A stretch of DNA of 64,000 bases from Chrysomallon squamiferum (GCA_012295275.1 CM022670.1:14446001-14510000); one strand, 5' to 3'. Positions 1-15,158 are shown, counted from the stretch's first letter. Translations and numbers: made by a program. Notes: generated by a model not told the origin, from the sequence alone.

Positions 1-3000
1 TTCTGTTTAGTTTCTCCGTCCACAGCTAGTGATGCATTGCGTTGTGACATAGAGTAGTCTGAGTAGTAAGAACTCTGGTAGGCTGGCTTATGTAGAGCTA
101 CATTTTCTGTAAATAATAATAAAAAAATAGTTACATTTAACAAAAGGAAATATGCAAATCTAATTATTTCACAGATTACTGAAATTATAACAGAAAAAGA
201 ACAAATATAAAACTAATATATATACTCTCCGAAAATGGTTGATTTCTTAGATAACTATTGTAAACTGACACTATGAATATAATAACATTTGGTGATTCAA
301 ACATATAGCTTTTGTTACAGTTGCCAAAAAGTAGGTAACACAAAATAAAGGCTATGATCATGTTTAATAGCCAAAACGTCCCCGCATGCAAACCACGTTA
401 CCAGTGCATGTGCACGTGTGGCACATGAAACTTGAATACGAGGGTTATAAAAATGCAAGGTTTTCGAATACTTCTGTTCGTTATTTTTGTTCTGACCCAA
501 CATCAAACAAATGCCACGACTGAGTGAACCGCAACGAAACAACACCATCGGTCATTTACAAGCTGGCGAATCCTTCTCGGCCGTAGCCCGGGTGTTCCAT
601 GTAGCCCAAGGCACCATCTTGAGATTGCGGTATCGGTTCCAGCAACACCAAACAACACGTGACTGTCCCAGATCAGGTAGACCACGTTTTCTGCTTCGTT
701 GACCTGACGGAAGATGTCGAGTTTATAGACGTCGTGGTGAATGTTTTGCTGCAAACTGCATACAGGAAGCGGGCAGATTTGCCGGTGATAGTGTGAGGGT
801 GTGGGCAGCAATCTCATACACTGGCAGGACCAACCTGGTTCACATCTAAGGCAACTTACCAGCACAGAGATACCGAGATGAAATTTTGCAGCCGCATGTC
901 ACTCCAATTATGAATAATGATAACACTGTATTCCAGCACGACAATGCAAGACCACATAAGCCAGACTGAAAACAGCGTACCTACACAACAATAACATTCA
1001 GGTCCTGCCCTGGCCCTTCTGAATCTCCGGATTTGAACCCTATAGAGCATTTATGGGACACGATGGATAGACAACCGAGGCAGCATCAAGCACAGCCACA
1101 GAATCGTGTTCAGTTGGCATTATCACTACAGACAGAGTGGGCCACCATTCCACAAGGGAAGGAGATGTCAGGCAGTTCTGATCTCCCGTGGTGGGCACAC
1201 AAGGTATTGATATTATACTGTTATAACTTTGAACTTTAACCTTTTTAATGTAATACCATCAATATTAATGAACTGCGAAAGTGTGTCTAAAATGTGAACA
1301 TTCTGCTGCTTTCTGTTGATCCATTAGATAGATAGTCCCAATGTCAATAAAATCTACTTTTGCGTTTCTTTTTTGGGAGAGTATATATTCTTTTTCAAAT
1401 ATGATACAAATGATAGCTGAAAGTAACTGATAATCTACCATTATCTATATATCTGTATAATAACTGATAAAAAAAGAAGAGAAAAAACGTTTGAAAAAGA
1501 AAAGAAGACTAACATCCACAGCAACAACAAAGAAATAATTAGCAGCAAGGATCATTTGTTTACTGTTTCCTCCAGAGAGAAAAGTAGATACCACTTTTGA
1601 TTATATCTTAAACTGGTGGGAACAAAAATATCGTAATGGACGCGTTGATCAGGACCCATCATGTTTCTATCTACTAAGTTACTGAGGTTGCTGAATAAAG
1701 AGATTTGTATTATTCTTGTAAACTGACAGAAAGACAAGTGACTAGTAGTACGTAAACACAAGTTCACACCAGTATAATTATTTGTATGTCAATCAATATT
1801 ATGTTGCATATACAACGGAACAGCACAAAACAGAACAAGAACAAATATACAGTATTTCTAGATTACAGCAATGTTGTATGTTGAGTTAGATGATATGAAC
1901 AAGGAAGTTAAGTTATTTTCATTGTACCAGTCAATCTGTAACTTACAAACTTATTGTCATATCAGAATACAGGAAACACAACTCTCCATATAATATTACT
2001 GTGATCCCTACCTATGAAATTAAAAATATTAAGACAAGCAATGTCTGACATTTTAAAACTTAGTGATCAATACCATCAGTTGTACGAAATCATGTTTCGG
2101 CAGAGATTGGCGACCGGTGAATTAAAAAATCGGAACGGATTGACGACACCCAAATGACTGAATAACCGAACTTTCGTACACCAATGTTCTTAAAATGATA
2201 AAACAAATTAAATCTTTTGCTGCTACTACGAAAAGCAGACATGTGCAACCGAATTTAAACAGTAGACCATGACAGAGGAGACTGCTTTGGAGAGAAACTA
2301 GAGAAAAAAACACCCACACAAAAAACGCAGTCATCAGTGACAGATTGTTTCTTTATCTGACACTGGATAAATGTCTAATTGTAACATTCTTTATAAATAT
2401 ATTCCAGTTTCATGTCATTTTAATCTTTACAAACAGGTTCTGCGTCTGATTAAAATGGCATATCTCGTTGGTCCACCGAGTGTGTATCTTTTATATATAT
2501 ATATCTACATCTATTATCTATATCCATATCTATATGTATACATGTGTGTGTGTGTGAGTGTGTGTTTATTCGTATATGTGTGTATAAACAAAGATGTAAA
2601 AGCAATGTATTCAGAATCAAAATTTAAATAGTTACTTTATTGTTTAATTAAATATAGCATCTTTAAGATGAAATGTCAATAATTTATTGTAGAGATCTCA
2701 TGTATAGAATGTTCTCCGACTGCATCCACACATTGTTATGCAAATTTAACGGCTTCCAGGTAAACTGAGTTATCTACACTGTATAGACTGTACATAGACA
2801 ATATTTTACACGGCTAAGTAAAACGTTCGTCTCACTTATCTTTTTTACACAGTTAATAATCATTAACACAAGCCTGTGCTGAGATGTCGTTAAAACTTGA
2901 AAACAAATTCCCAAACATTTAATTTAATTTGTGACAATACGACATCATATTTCTTGAAATTTCGATATATTTTGTAGTGGAATTTTAATATTGATAAAAA

Positions 3001-3285
3001 CATACATATATTCATTTCATCAAACACATACATATACTTACATGCATACATACATACATACATATATATATATACACACACACATACACACACACTCACA
3101 TATACACACACATACGCACACACATAAACAGACATACAATTACAGAAATATGGCAAGAACAACTGGAAACATTTTCTTTTTCTATAATATTTGAAAAGCG
3201 ACTTACCAAACTCTGCAAAAATCCTGACATGACTCAAAGAAATAAAATACGAAACAAAAACAAAAAACATCCACACTGTAGCCAT
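1..3285 (-). CDS. Copy A (5' part, continues off left edge): F-type lectin/EGF receptor, paralog of the RPTP gene at 28015-45526
   Basis: Signal-peptide exon 3207-3285 (MATVWMFFVFVSYFISLSHVRIFAEF, G|GTAAG, 79 nt) splices in phase 1 to exon <1-106 (cag|AA: ENVALHKPAYQSSYYSDYSMSQRNASLAVDGETKQ), the F-type lectin N-terminal signature. Near-identical to 45448-45526 and 41854-42069; intron pieces also match. PTP domains are not visible for this copy. Confidence 0.85.
225..1381 (+). mobile_element. Tc1/mariner DNA transposon, internally deleted and non-autonomous
   Basis: Short imperfect TIRs TA|CTCTCCGAAAA ... TTTTGGGAGAG|TA with TA target site. Transposase relics: MPRLSEPQRNNTIGHLQAGES...RSGRPR (511-), RVYRRRGE, VWAAISYTG, FQHDNARPH, PDLNPIEHLWD, with stops and frameshifts. 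The paralogous site at about 42185 is empty. Confidence 0.9.
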
Positions 3286-3289
3286 GTTG

Positions 3290-3621
3290 TAAACACTTAG
3301 TCACTGTCAACTAACAAGTCTTTGTCTCTGCAAACCGGAATTTGTTTTGAAAGTTTCAGTGCATCACTATTATTGTCGTTGAAACACGTGATTAATTAAA
3401 TACACTGTGGGTTTGACTTGTTTAAGAGACAAAGGATTGTTCATGTTTAATATGCTGAGTCGAGGCGTGGTTTGTTGTAGGATGAACCATCCTTTGAGCG
3501 TGTGCCTTCCATCCACTGTCACATGAATTATTTATTTATTTATTTATTTATTTACTTATATTTGGATATATAATGATAGGAACATGCACATACATTTAAT
3601 CATGCATATAGGCGGACATAC

Positions 3622-3667
<46 letters not shown>

Positions 3668-4090
3668 ATCAAATTAAAAGCAATTCATATAGCTTTACAT
3701 TTATTTGTACATCTATTTATTTTAAATTATTAGCTCTTTGAAAATATTTTAATGATTATTACCCTCCTTACCACTAATTAAATAAATGGTTTGTGATTAA
3801 GCACAGTAACAAAATTAGTGAAACCGCAGCCGTAACTGCATGAACTACTCGTTGTCTACATTACAGTCAACTCATCTACGATCAGTTACTGAACCCGGAA
3901 GATTCTCGATTCTGTAAACCGGATTTAATTTGTGAATATTAGCTTTCGGTCGGGGGGGGGGAGAAACAATATTGTTTGTTGGTGAATAACAAGAGAGTTT
4001 TGCTTTAAAGAAATTCTGTCGCTTACTGGACAATTCAGGGGCGGATTATACTTTTGATAGGGGGGTTTCAGGAAACAGGACGTAAGTGTT
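3290..4090. promoter_or_regulatory. Conserved upstream block of the receptor genes (candidate bidirectional promoter); copies at about 12195-12950, 45530-46182, 50665-51345
   Basis: Non-coding block (gtgcatcactattat...aaatacactgtgggtttgacttgtttaagagacaaag...gtgaatattagctttcg) recurs four times. Three copies lie immediately upstream of a minus-strand signal-peptide ATG (3285, 45526, 50662). Promoter function is inferred from position. Confidence 0.55.
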
Positions 4091-4129
4091 TATAATTTGA
4101 AATTAATTATTCACTAAAGGGTTTCTTCT

Positions 4130-4234
<105 letters not shown>

Positions 4235-4359
4235 TCACTTGTATACATAAATAAAGAAGAAAAGAACATTTTTAAAAAAGGACCCTGTAACCAGATATAT
4301 ACTCACACGAATGCACACAACACGCTATAATTATTGCAAATGTATTTTTACTGTTTCAG

Positions 4360-5440
4360 TAAACATAGTGCTTTAAAAAACGCTGAGTCAAAGTTCAAAT
4401 GTAGACGGATTTAGTCCCTTTAATGCTGTTGACGGTGTAACTTGTGCTCATTTCATGCATACAGCTACAGACCAATCTTACAGCTGGTGGGAACTGGATT
4501 GTGAAAATACATAATTTCTTTTTGAAGTTAAAATCTGTTTCAGATATGACTGTAAGTAAATCTGATTTTATTATTATTATTATTAATACCGCTCTCTCAC
4601 AATAATAAAAAGTCGCTCTCTGCTAATGCGAAAATTATAATTATGTGTTACAGAGATACCTTCTTCCTCATATTCAAAAACTACTAGAAACAGAGAAAGC
4701 AAAGTGTGTCATCTATTAACTGTATAACATTCACCATTTTCAGACGCACATAAGGTTATAAGCTCTCAAATAAACTGTTTTATTCCTGAAATAATACACA
4801 CAACCTTCTTCGAATGGCTCACGATGTTTTGTAACTGCTGGGTTCGTCCTATCTTTCAAATTCCATTAGGGCATTATATACATATGATAAATCAGATTTA
4901 AAAAGAAAACAAATGTGATTTAGAGACACTGAGAAGAAATGGTGTACAAGTGTACGCAAACACACTAGCGGGAGAATCCAACACAGGGTTTCTGTGTGGT
5001 AATGTTACTGGAGAGTTTGTGTTATTTTTACAATATATTTTGGAAACCGTTTGGAAAGTATTAATATCGTATTTATATTTATCAGCCTGTGAAAAAGGAT
5101 ATTATGGTATTATGTGTGACAAATTGTGTGAAAGTCGACACTCTCAACGGAACTCATCATGTCCTGCAGACAATGGATCTTGTACTAAAGGATGTCAGGC
5201 TGGATGGACAGGATCAGACTGTAAAAACGGTATGTGTGTATGTGTGTTTGTGTGTGGGTGTGGGTATCTATGTATGTGTGTTTGTATGTATGAGTCTGTG
5301 TGGATGTTGTGTGTGTGTAGTTTGTCAAATAGTGTTTGTGTGTACGTGTGTATGAGAATCAGAGAGGTTGTGGATGTCCAAAGCGATGTTCAAATGATCA
5401 CTGTTTTCTAAACTCATCGTGTGATTCCACTGTCTCATCA
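4360..5440 (+). pseudogene. F-type lectin/EGF receptor pseudogene, head-to-head with copy A
   Basis: Exon 4360-4551 NIVL*KTLSQSS...NAVDG...FMHTATDQSYSWWELDCENT*FLFEVKICFRYD has two stops. Truncated second lectin exon 4924-5013 (RRNGVQVYANT...FLCGNVTG). EGF exon 5086-5229 (CEKGYYGIMCDKLCESRH...GCQAGWTGSDCKN). EGF fragment at about 5365-5440. Confidence 0.85.
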
Positions 5441-5620
5441 GTTTGTATCTATATCTTCATTAGCTTCTACTTTTGTGTTTCATTATATTTCATTACGTTA
5501 CATTATATTATATTATACATTTATTTCTTTGAATTATTACAGTTTGTCGTATATGAACGTACGGAGTGTTCAACGTACTTTACGGAAATGCGTATATATA
5601 ATACATGTTCACACATATTA

Positions 5621-5676
<56 letters not shown>

Positions 5677-6354
5677 TTTACGATGATCTCAATTTATTTA
5701 TTTTTTATTCTTTTTTCTTTTTTTCTTTCTTTTTCTTTCTTTTGTTTTCTTATTATTTTCAATACATGATAATTTATCATTATTTATTAAGTATTTTAAT
5801 TTATGTTACTGTAATAGAAATTGTTTGGCACTAAAAACGCAACACTTTATTTATACAGTATATCTTTATTACTCATACATTTTAAATTTAATAGTACTAC
5901 TTAATTCATTGTCACACAGCAGAAATAATAGCATAAACAATTATATGAGCTTTTATCTCTTCAACTTGTTGTTTTTTTGTGGGGTTTTTCATACTTCGGA
6001 AATACAAGAAGTCGTTTGTAGAAATTCTGGTTATTCGGTTACGGAAGTACATGTTTTATTTCTTTAACAAATTATAACATCAATATTTGTTCTAATAACA
6101 CTATTATAGTGAATGCTTTATTAGTATAAAAAATGTCAGCATATAACTTTGTTAATAATAAAATATATACTCAGTATTTTATATCCTTAAGAAATTTTAG
6201 CACAAGTTTGTTTAATAATAAAGTAAAGTAATCTTTCCTAAGTACAAAGATAATATATATATGTCACACAAAACAATTCCAAAAGTATTATTATTATTAT
6301 TCGTTTGTATTTTGTTTTTGTTGGCTTTTTTTTTTTTGTTTTTCTTCGTTCTTG

Positions 6355-6394
<40 letters not shown>

Positions 6395-6899
6395 TTTAGG
6401 TATATCAATTTTAACTCCTTCGACGAAGATGACCACTGGAATCGTTGTTATTGTTGCTACCTTCTTGATTTCCTGATACTTTCGAGATTTTCTTATAGTA
6501 CATAATATATATATATTATCCTTTAAAATCCAAATGTCATTCTAAAAAACGAATCTGTTCCATAGTTCTATCAGTCACTAATTTTTAAAAGTTACTTACG
6601 TTTACCAATAGAATACTATTCCAAGTAAGAGACACTTAAAATCAGGAATTAAGTCGCAATACTAATTTCGGAAGAATTTCATTTCTGTTCGGAGATTTTG
6701 GCGGTAAAGACTTTGTACGTACTTATTTAAAGATGGCGAATGAAAAATTAATTATTAGTATTATTATTATGTATATATGTGTAGCATATACAGAGGGTCT
6801 GTGTAATTTTAAACTGTTGAAAACTAACAACAAGAATGTTCTGCGTTTATAATGATTATTGCCTATTATGTTATAGAAAAGAAAGTATGTTTATATGTA

Positions 6900-6943
<44 letters not shown>

Positions 6944-7305
6944 CATACATATACATATACATATACACACATATACATATACATATGTACATACTCGCAT
7001 AGAAATATAAACATGAATAAAACGTGCAGCTATCATTTCAGACGGAGCCTAATTTTTTCCAAATTACTTATTATTTTATTTACTTCTACTTCTGTCTGTT
7101 TTACTGATTTATATTTAATTGTCATCTGTATTAAATGCACATTTAAAATGTTTTGTGTTTAATTCTGTGAAGGTTTCAACTAAATGATTATTTAAATAAT
7201 AAAGCTTGTGTGCAGATATATAAGTGAAAGAAATATTTATTGTATCATGCACAGTTTTTTTTGTTTTTTTTTCTAATTTTTTTAATTAAATAACAGATTA
7301 GTTAC

Positions 7306-7892
7306 TGATATTATTTTTTTTCTTTTTTTTTCTTTATTTCTTTCATTGTTTACTTATTCATTCATTCATTCATTCATACTTGTATTTATTATTTATTTAT
7401 TTATTTATTTATCAATTTGTTAATATATTAAACAGGTATCTTTAATTTTATTTAATTTTAAATACGTGTTTCGACCAAATAATTATCTCTCAAATAACCA
7501 AATTGTCTTCAAAGACTGAGTCCACAGAAGTGATAGTTTATTGTATGCCAGTATGTAGTTTATGTTACCATTAGTTTATTATACAACAATACTTTTCTCG
7601 AATGAAAAGATAGTAGTCCTGATATTATTTTATTTTTATTTTGCTTTCTTTATTTCTTTCATTATTTACTTATTCATTAATTCATTCATACTTGTATTTT
7701 ATTTATTTATTTATTTATTTATCAATGTATTGATATATTAAACAGGTATTTTTAATTTTATAATTTAAATACGTAATATCATGTTTCGACCAAATAATCA
7801 GCTCTCAATTTGACCAAAATGTTCTTAAAAGACTGAGTCCACAGTAGTTTATTGGACAACAATACTTCTCTTTAATGAAAAGATAGTAGTCT
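7306..7892. repeat. Local tandem duplication (about 300 bp unit x2)
   Basis: gatattattt...aacaggtat...gtttcgaccaaataat...aaagactgagtccacag...aatgaaaagatagtagtc occurs at about 7306-7620 and 7620-7892. Confidence 0.8.
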
Positions 7893-7981
7893 CTATATGA
7901 TAATAATAATAACAATAATAACAATAGTAGAGATAGTAGTAGTAGTAGTGGTATTAGTAGTAGTAATAGTAATAGTAGTAC

Positions 7982-8024
<43 letters not shown>

Positions 8025-8173
8025 TAAAAAATAACAAAACTGGAGTCCATATGTGTGTACGCTCTCGTTCCCTCATTGATGTGTTATGAATTTTCACAGT
8101 GACACTGAAGCTGTTTGCCTGCAATCTTTAACGCATTCACAGGACATCGCATGAAACAATTTGCAATAAACAG

Positions 8174-8396
<223 letters not shown>

Positions 8397-8399
8397 TAT

Positions 8400-9332
8400 T
8401 GTAAAACGTTTAATTCTTTATAACGACCAATGCAGAAAAAAACATTGTTTTAAACTGTTTTGGTGTGCGAGTTACTTTAACATTTGTGGGATGCAAATAT
8501 TATTATGTTACAAATGAAATATGATTTGTTTATAAATAAGTGTTATTATTAATTCATTGTTTTATTTGCATCTGACCACAGTGCATCAGCCTATGAAATG
8601 GTTTGTGCTACTATTTGTATATTCACACAGATTCACCCACTGTTTGTCCGATATGCGTGTTAAGATATTTTATTTAATATAAAACTAAATGTTACAATAA
8701 ATATATAAAAAAGTGTGTGTCTCTCTTTATACATATACATTCTTTATCATAATTTTCAATTTATCTTTAAAATTAGATCATCTCTTATGATATGCAGTGA
8801 ATGATCAAAAGTTAATAACAAGATATTTAATTACTTACTATATTTGGCTTTCGTCTGTCTTGACTGTAAATTCAAAAAATAAATTATAAACTGAAGACTT
8901 ACGCACATCCTGGCCAAGGCGAAAATACTTGGTAGACAATAAGTCAAGTGTAATTGACTTTTTAAACAAGAAAATTTCTCATAATTCATCTCTGTGAAAA
9001 GATAAACATGTAGTTTATAACATAGTGTCGTGAAAAATGCATAACAAACATGTTTGAATGAGAATGCGAATAATGAACATTTTAATTTTCAATACAGAAA
9101 GATAAGCATTAGTAAATATTATTTCGTGGACATTGAGATAACTCAGAGTTAAACAAAATAATTACACTAACTAATGAAACGTGTTTTAATGTAGTACTTT
9201 GTAGTATTATATAACATAATATAATATAATATAATATAACATAACATAACATAATATTATATAATGTCCTATAACATAATACAATATCATATGATATAAA
9301 AAATATAATATACAGGAGATAGTAAATTTTCA

Positions 9333-9373
<41 letters not shown>

Positions 9374-10364
9374 CATAATAATAATAAAAACAACAACAAC
9401 AAAAATAAAAATAATAACAGTAATTAGCATCTTACGAGGTCTATTCTCAAAAGTAAATAATGCTAAAAGTAAAGTTGTTAAGAAAATATATTTCATTTTA
9501 CACAATGATCAGTGTAATTTTAACTTTTTAATTAGATTAATTATATACATATACATATATTAAAAAATAATTATATAGAATATACATGTATATTATTTAT
9601 TTATTTATTATTTTATTTATTTATTTAAATACCTTTTTTTTTTTTTTAATAAAACCAGGGCTCAGTCTTTGTACGTGTTCAGATATACGATAAAGTGTTT
9701 TGTAATAACGCTTGTCGGAGTTAAGTCCCTTCGTACTAATAGGACAGCCTGAAAGTATGTACTGAAAAGCGCCTCTAGTTTTGGTACATAAATCCGTTTT
9801 GACTTGGAATGCTTAATTTATCTCTCATTGATCTCCATATGACGAAATAAAAACGTAATAAAAGAAAAAGAAAACAAAATCTGATTATACGCTTAGTCCT
9901 TCAGAAGGCACTGTCGAAAATGGAGAAAGTCCAGTTTATATAATAAATGGCAATGAGAACGAACTATGGTATTATCAAGCTTATACCAGATATTTCTTAA
10001 ATATTAGAAATGGACAACAACAGTTCTACAGATTAGATTATAAACTCAGTTAAACATATTACTCATACGTGAATTTGTAGAAGCAACAATCGTACAAATT
10101 CGATTACTTACTAAGCTGTCTCACATGTTTTATTTTATATATTTAATTACTTACCCAGATATATCTCACATATATAATTTCACATATTTAATTACTTATT
10201 GAGATATATCTAACATGTCTTATTTTAAATATGTGCTTTGTTTTATTTATACATTTCAACATACACACACATGCACATAGATAGAAACGTGCATACATGT
10301 AGGCATACATACTTATAAACGTACCTACTTATACATATATACATATTCATACACACATATATGC

Positions 10365-10429
<65 letters not shown>

Positions 10430-10550
10430 TATACACATATACACATCCACACCGTCACACACATATATACACACAAACATACATACATACATAGATGCAT
10501 ACATACATACATACATACATATATACATATATGCATGCATACATAATTAT
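8400..10550. repeat. Segmental duplication, direct copy at about 47025-49120
   Basis: Long colinear matches, e.g. taattctttataacg-ccaatgcagaaaaaaa, actgaagacttacgcacat, gcttgtcggagttaagtccctt, ttacccagatatatctca present in both. Confidence 0.9.
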
Positions 10551-11357
10551 ACATTATGTTAGTGTAATTTAAGTATGGAATATTTTACATGTCAAACTGT
10601 AGTACGTGTATCTATTTCTTTACTGTGTAATCGAGAACGAAAGATAATATGTTAAAGTCTAAATCACACGCTATCATCTATGTTAGTTAACAAACGAAGT
10701 ATTTTACGATTGAATTGACAAAAAATAAATAAATAAATAAATAAAAAATATAAAATTCCTATAATGAAATCTTTTGATTCGGTTATGAGAATAACCTGTG
10801 CTTTCCTATTTAAATTTAGCTTGTATTATTGTAAAATAATCGTAGTAAGAAAGATTGTAGTGGTTTCTCTGCTGCGTAAAAGTGTTTTTCTAGTTGACAA
10901 TTTAATTTACCAGATACGGGCTCGTTCTGGATAAGTGTTCATTTTCTAGCTTTTAGTTTAATTGCATAAGGAGGACAGACGTTTACTCGATCCAGTCAGC
11001 AATACAAATAATATCATTTGATCAGCTCTTCCATATTTAATTTTTGATAGATTATTGTGTGTCGATTTCCAGGCTTTACTCAAGTGAAACGTAATTCTGC
11101 TCATTAAAAGTATCTTTCCCCACGTTGTCAGGGAGATAGCGTTGTCTGTCCAACACTTTATTAGTGTGTTAGTATGTTAGTAGATTACTGATAATGAATG
11201 AATAAATAAGAACAGTATGAAACAGTATTACATGAGTTATTGGGTCTCACACTGAACATATTACAACACGATCATTTATTTACAATCTCATAAGTTATAT
11301 TTGTTTAGAACAATGTTCATTTGTCGAATAATGCACTGTCCAGTTCTACAAAACTCT

Positions 11358-11405
<48 letters not shown>

Positions 11406-13359
11406 ATAGAGAATAACTTGTTAATGTCGAGAAATATCAGCTTTCTCCTACGAGCTCTTCTAACCTAAGCAAGTAACGCAAATATCCGAAACAAATTTAA
11501 ACATTTCACTAGAAAATATGATGACGCGATCTGAAGACTAAAAATTGTTAAATCTTTTATTCAACCGCTCAATGATACTTGACTGGTAAACAAAGACTGA
11601 AATGTGTACTTAAAATATAACTTACTGCTAAATGAAAATATATAGCTGATATTATTAGTTCAAACATATACATATAAGCTGTTAACCGGGAAGGTGTCAC
11701 GGTTGACTGAACACGAATTCATGAATTTAACTCGCTTTGTTAAATTTCATGTGCAGCTACGCATTAAGGCTAACTTTAAACATGCAAACTACGAGTGGTT
11801 GTATGCAGTGAAAATTATTAACTGAGTTTATATTAGTCTGTTATAAATTATATATATATATGAAGATGATTATGATGATGATAATAAAATAATATTAATA
11901 ACAATGTGTGCGTCATTGTGTGAATTGTAAGTAAATATGTTGATATTGTACAGATGATCATACATTTTATCCAAGAGCAGAAAACGAATTACAGCTAGTT
12001 GATTATTTGTGTGAGAAAGAAAACAGAAATAGTAGCCACTACATTTAATTTGTCAATGAATGTATTTTATATTGACGATTTTAGTTCTTACTATTGAAAG
12101 TAGCTGGTAATTAAAGTAAAGTACCAACTGACATCGATATAAACTATTGGTTTTCAATACGATTAATCTTCATATATAACATTTTATTTGTTTAGAAAGT
12201 TTGAGTGCATCACTATTATTGTCGTTGAAGCACATGTGCTGCATCACTTGATTAACTAAATACACTGTGGGTTTGACTTGTTTGAGAGACAAAGATGTGT
12301 TCAAGGTTTACACGCTGAGTCGAAGCATGAACCAGTTCCTGAGAGTATGCATTCCTACAACGAATAATTAATTTTTTTTTTTATTCTTGGGTATTTAATA
12401 ATAGGAATATGCTCATACATGTTCGGTACATACATGTTTTTGTTGAATATTCAAAATCTTGCTAAAGGGAACTGTGAATAAAAGGAAACAAAAATCAATT
12501 CACATATTTGTATATCTCTATTAAAATTGTTTTTATTTTTAATTATAAATTCTTTGAAGAAATTTTTCTCATCATCGTATTTATTTGTTATCAACATTGT
12601 GATCATCTTGCAGCAGGCATTTTTAGGCAATATTATCATATTTACCATTAATTAAATAAACAGATTGGGATTAAGCCTGTTAAACAAATTAGTGAAGCCA
12701 CACCCCTCACTCCTTCAAGTACACGTCGTTTACATTATAGCCAAGTCATCTGCGACCAGTTTCTCAACCGGGAAGTTTCTTCATTCTGTAAACAGGATTT
12801 AACTTGTGAATATTAGCTTTCGAATACACAGCATTGCGTGTTGGTGAATAACAAGGTAGTTTTATTTTGAAAAAAATTATGTCGGTTACTCAGGGGCGTG
12901 TTATTCTTTAGGTAAACAGGTTTTCCGAAACAGTACGTAAATGTTTATAAGTTTTATATATATTTCAGATTGTTCAGAAAGAGGAGAGAAAGAAAGCAGT
13001 ATTAGTCTGAGTGTTATCGAAGAGTTTCTTCAAATATATTGTTTGCTTTTCTTGTACACTTAAGTAATAATATCAACAACAACACTAATTATTAAGAAGA
13101 AAAACATTATACATTTGAATTTCTCTTAAATTAAACGACAGAAATGCTTACGCTAGAATTACCATAAAGTAGATCGTTGGATAAACCACTAAGGATAAAA
13201 ATGATGATCATAATAATACTGATGATGACGATCATTTATATATTGTTGAACTGAAGAAGCTACGACAACGATGATGCTGAAAATAATTTATCAAATGGAA
13301 GAGGAGGACGATAAGAAATAGGGATGATAAAGAATGATATATTAAACTTTGTTTCACTT

Positions 13360-13520
13360 ACTTATACCTTCACAAAGTAGGCTTCTGTTGCGTGCCCATT
13401 ATCTTTTTTTCGTTTTGGTAAAAGTCACATATTTAGTGTTGTCCTTACAAGTGATGATTACAGAATCAGACCTATCAGATATATTTGATTTACCAGTAAC
13501 GTTACCTGCGTCGTGTGTTA
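13360..13520 (-). pseudogene. Isolated relic of second F-type lectin exon
   Basis: Minus strand reads GNVTGKSNISDRSDSVIITCKDNTKYVTF, aligning with GTVTGKQDGSHIHRIVSLTCNEDARYVTV of 40854-41081; then disrupted. Confidence 0.6.
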
Positions 13521-14178
13521 TATGCGCTCTGACCAGGGTTTCAATGGATCTTTACATCATTTAACCTCAATGTGAATGAAATATAAGAAAACAAATATAA
13601 GTAAATAAAAACCTTGCAGAGATTATATCAGAAACTACTTTATTTTAAGTTAATGTATCGGTTTATTTATAATCAGATTTGAAGTAGATTTTGTGGGTGT
13701 GTTTGGGCGATGGTAAAAGAATAAGGAAGATGGTAAAAGAAGAATGATGTAGTTATATTTAGATTTTAACATAAAATGAGTACTTTTTTCTTTTAAGTTA
13801 TTCTTGTTTGTAGCTGTATGAATAGACTCTCCCTAATCTATACATATCAGAGTTATAGCATCATCATAATATTCTTTGCTTAAATAAGAACTCTTGTACA
13901 TCGTTTGTTTAGGACCCATATAATTGTATGTAGAAACTGTAGTAGATAAATAGTTTAAAAAAGTAAATAAACTTACTGTTAATAACACTTCTGCGGTAAA
14001 AAAAACAAAACTGTTACATTTACTATTATTACTATGGCTACTATTATTACTATTACTATAGCTATAACTACTTGTTTTAAATATATTTATATATAAGTGG
14101 ACAATATTTCATTCAAATTTGTAAATATATCCATAAAACAATACACATAGATCATTTTAATTATTATTGCTTTTCCAG

Positions 14179-14835
14179 CATGTAGCTCTCTGCCCACTTC
14201 CCCACCAAACTGTAATGGAAATTTTAATGATCGCCACTGTGTTTCAACAAATGCACCATGTGATGTATAGTATGGAAACTGTGATACTGAGGGATGTCAG
14301 GCAGGTTGGAAAGGAAATGACTTTTCTCAAGGTTAATGTGTTTTAGATATTTTACATATTGTTCTAATCTGCAATATATTCAAGTAATTGTGCAGTAAAA
14401 AATTACATTTAAAGCAATTTTATTTAATTCCTTTACGATACGTCTTTTTTAATACTGCTTACGAAATACACTAATATCTTTTATGTCTCTACTATGTCTC
14501 GATCTTTGAATTCCTGTTTCAATCAGCCCTTCGCCTGTATCGAGTTTGATCGTTCGGTTTAGCTGTCACTTGGTGTTTATTTGGTGAATTACTAATCATT
14601 TCAGTAATTTAGTGTTCGCCTTACTTTTCTTATCACCATTTTTGCGAATAGGCATTCGTCATTTATGTTCGTACAATTATTAATCCCTTTCCAGCATGTA
14701 TATCTGTAATTACGTACGTAATTGTAATAAAAATTGTAGAGATCGTCAATTTTTGAAACTCCTGTGTTGCACAGTATGGAAATTGTGATACTAATGGATG
14801 TCAGACAGGATGGAAAGGAAATGACTATACAAAAG
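14179..14835 (+). pseudogene. Two decayed EGF-like exons (14179-14331, 14695-14835)
   Basis: PNCNGNFNDRHCVSTNAPCDV*YGNCDTEGCQAGWKGNDFSQ and ...PCVAQYGNCDTNGCQTGWKGNDYTK, homologous to exon 39483-39635; cag/GT borders kept, with stops and frameshifts. Confidence 0.8.
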
Positions 14836-15158
14836 GTACAGATATTTTATACATTTTGTACTTGGAAATATTCATGTAATTATGTAGTTAAATTTATTGT
14901 TATTTCATAAAAAAAAAAATCTTTTTAAAAAACTGTTTTTCTTAAAAATTGTTTTTTAATAGAAGTACGGGGCTTTATGCATTTAAACGAATTTACTTGT
15001 AAGCTGTAACAGGATTTTCCTGTTCTGCAACATCGTCGAGACGCGCTGCAGTTATTGCGCAACAGTAGAGGGTAAACGTTCGAAAGAAATCAGTGACACT
15101 GTTCATTCCGCTTTACCTACACTCACGGATACTGTAAAAAATAACAACCGAAAATAAA

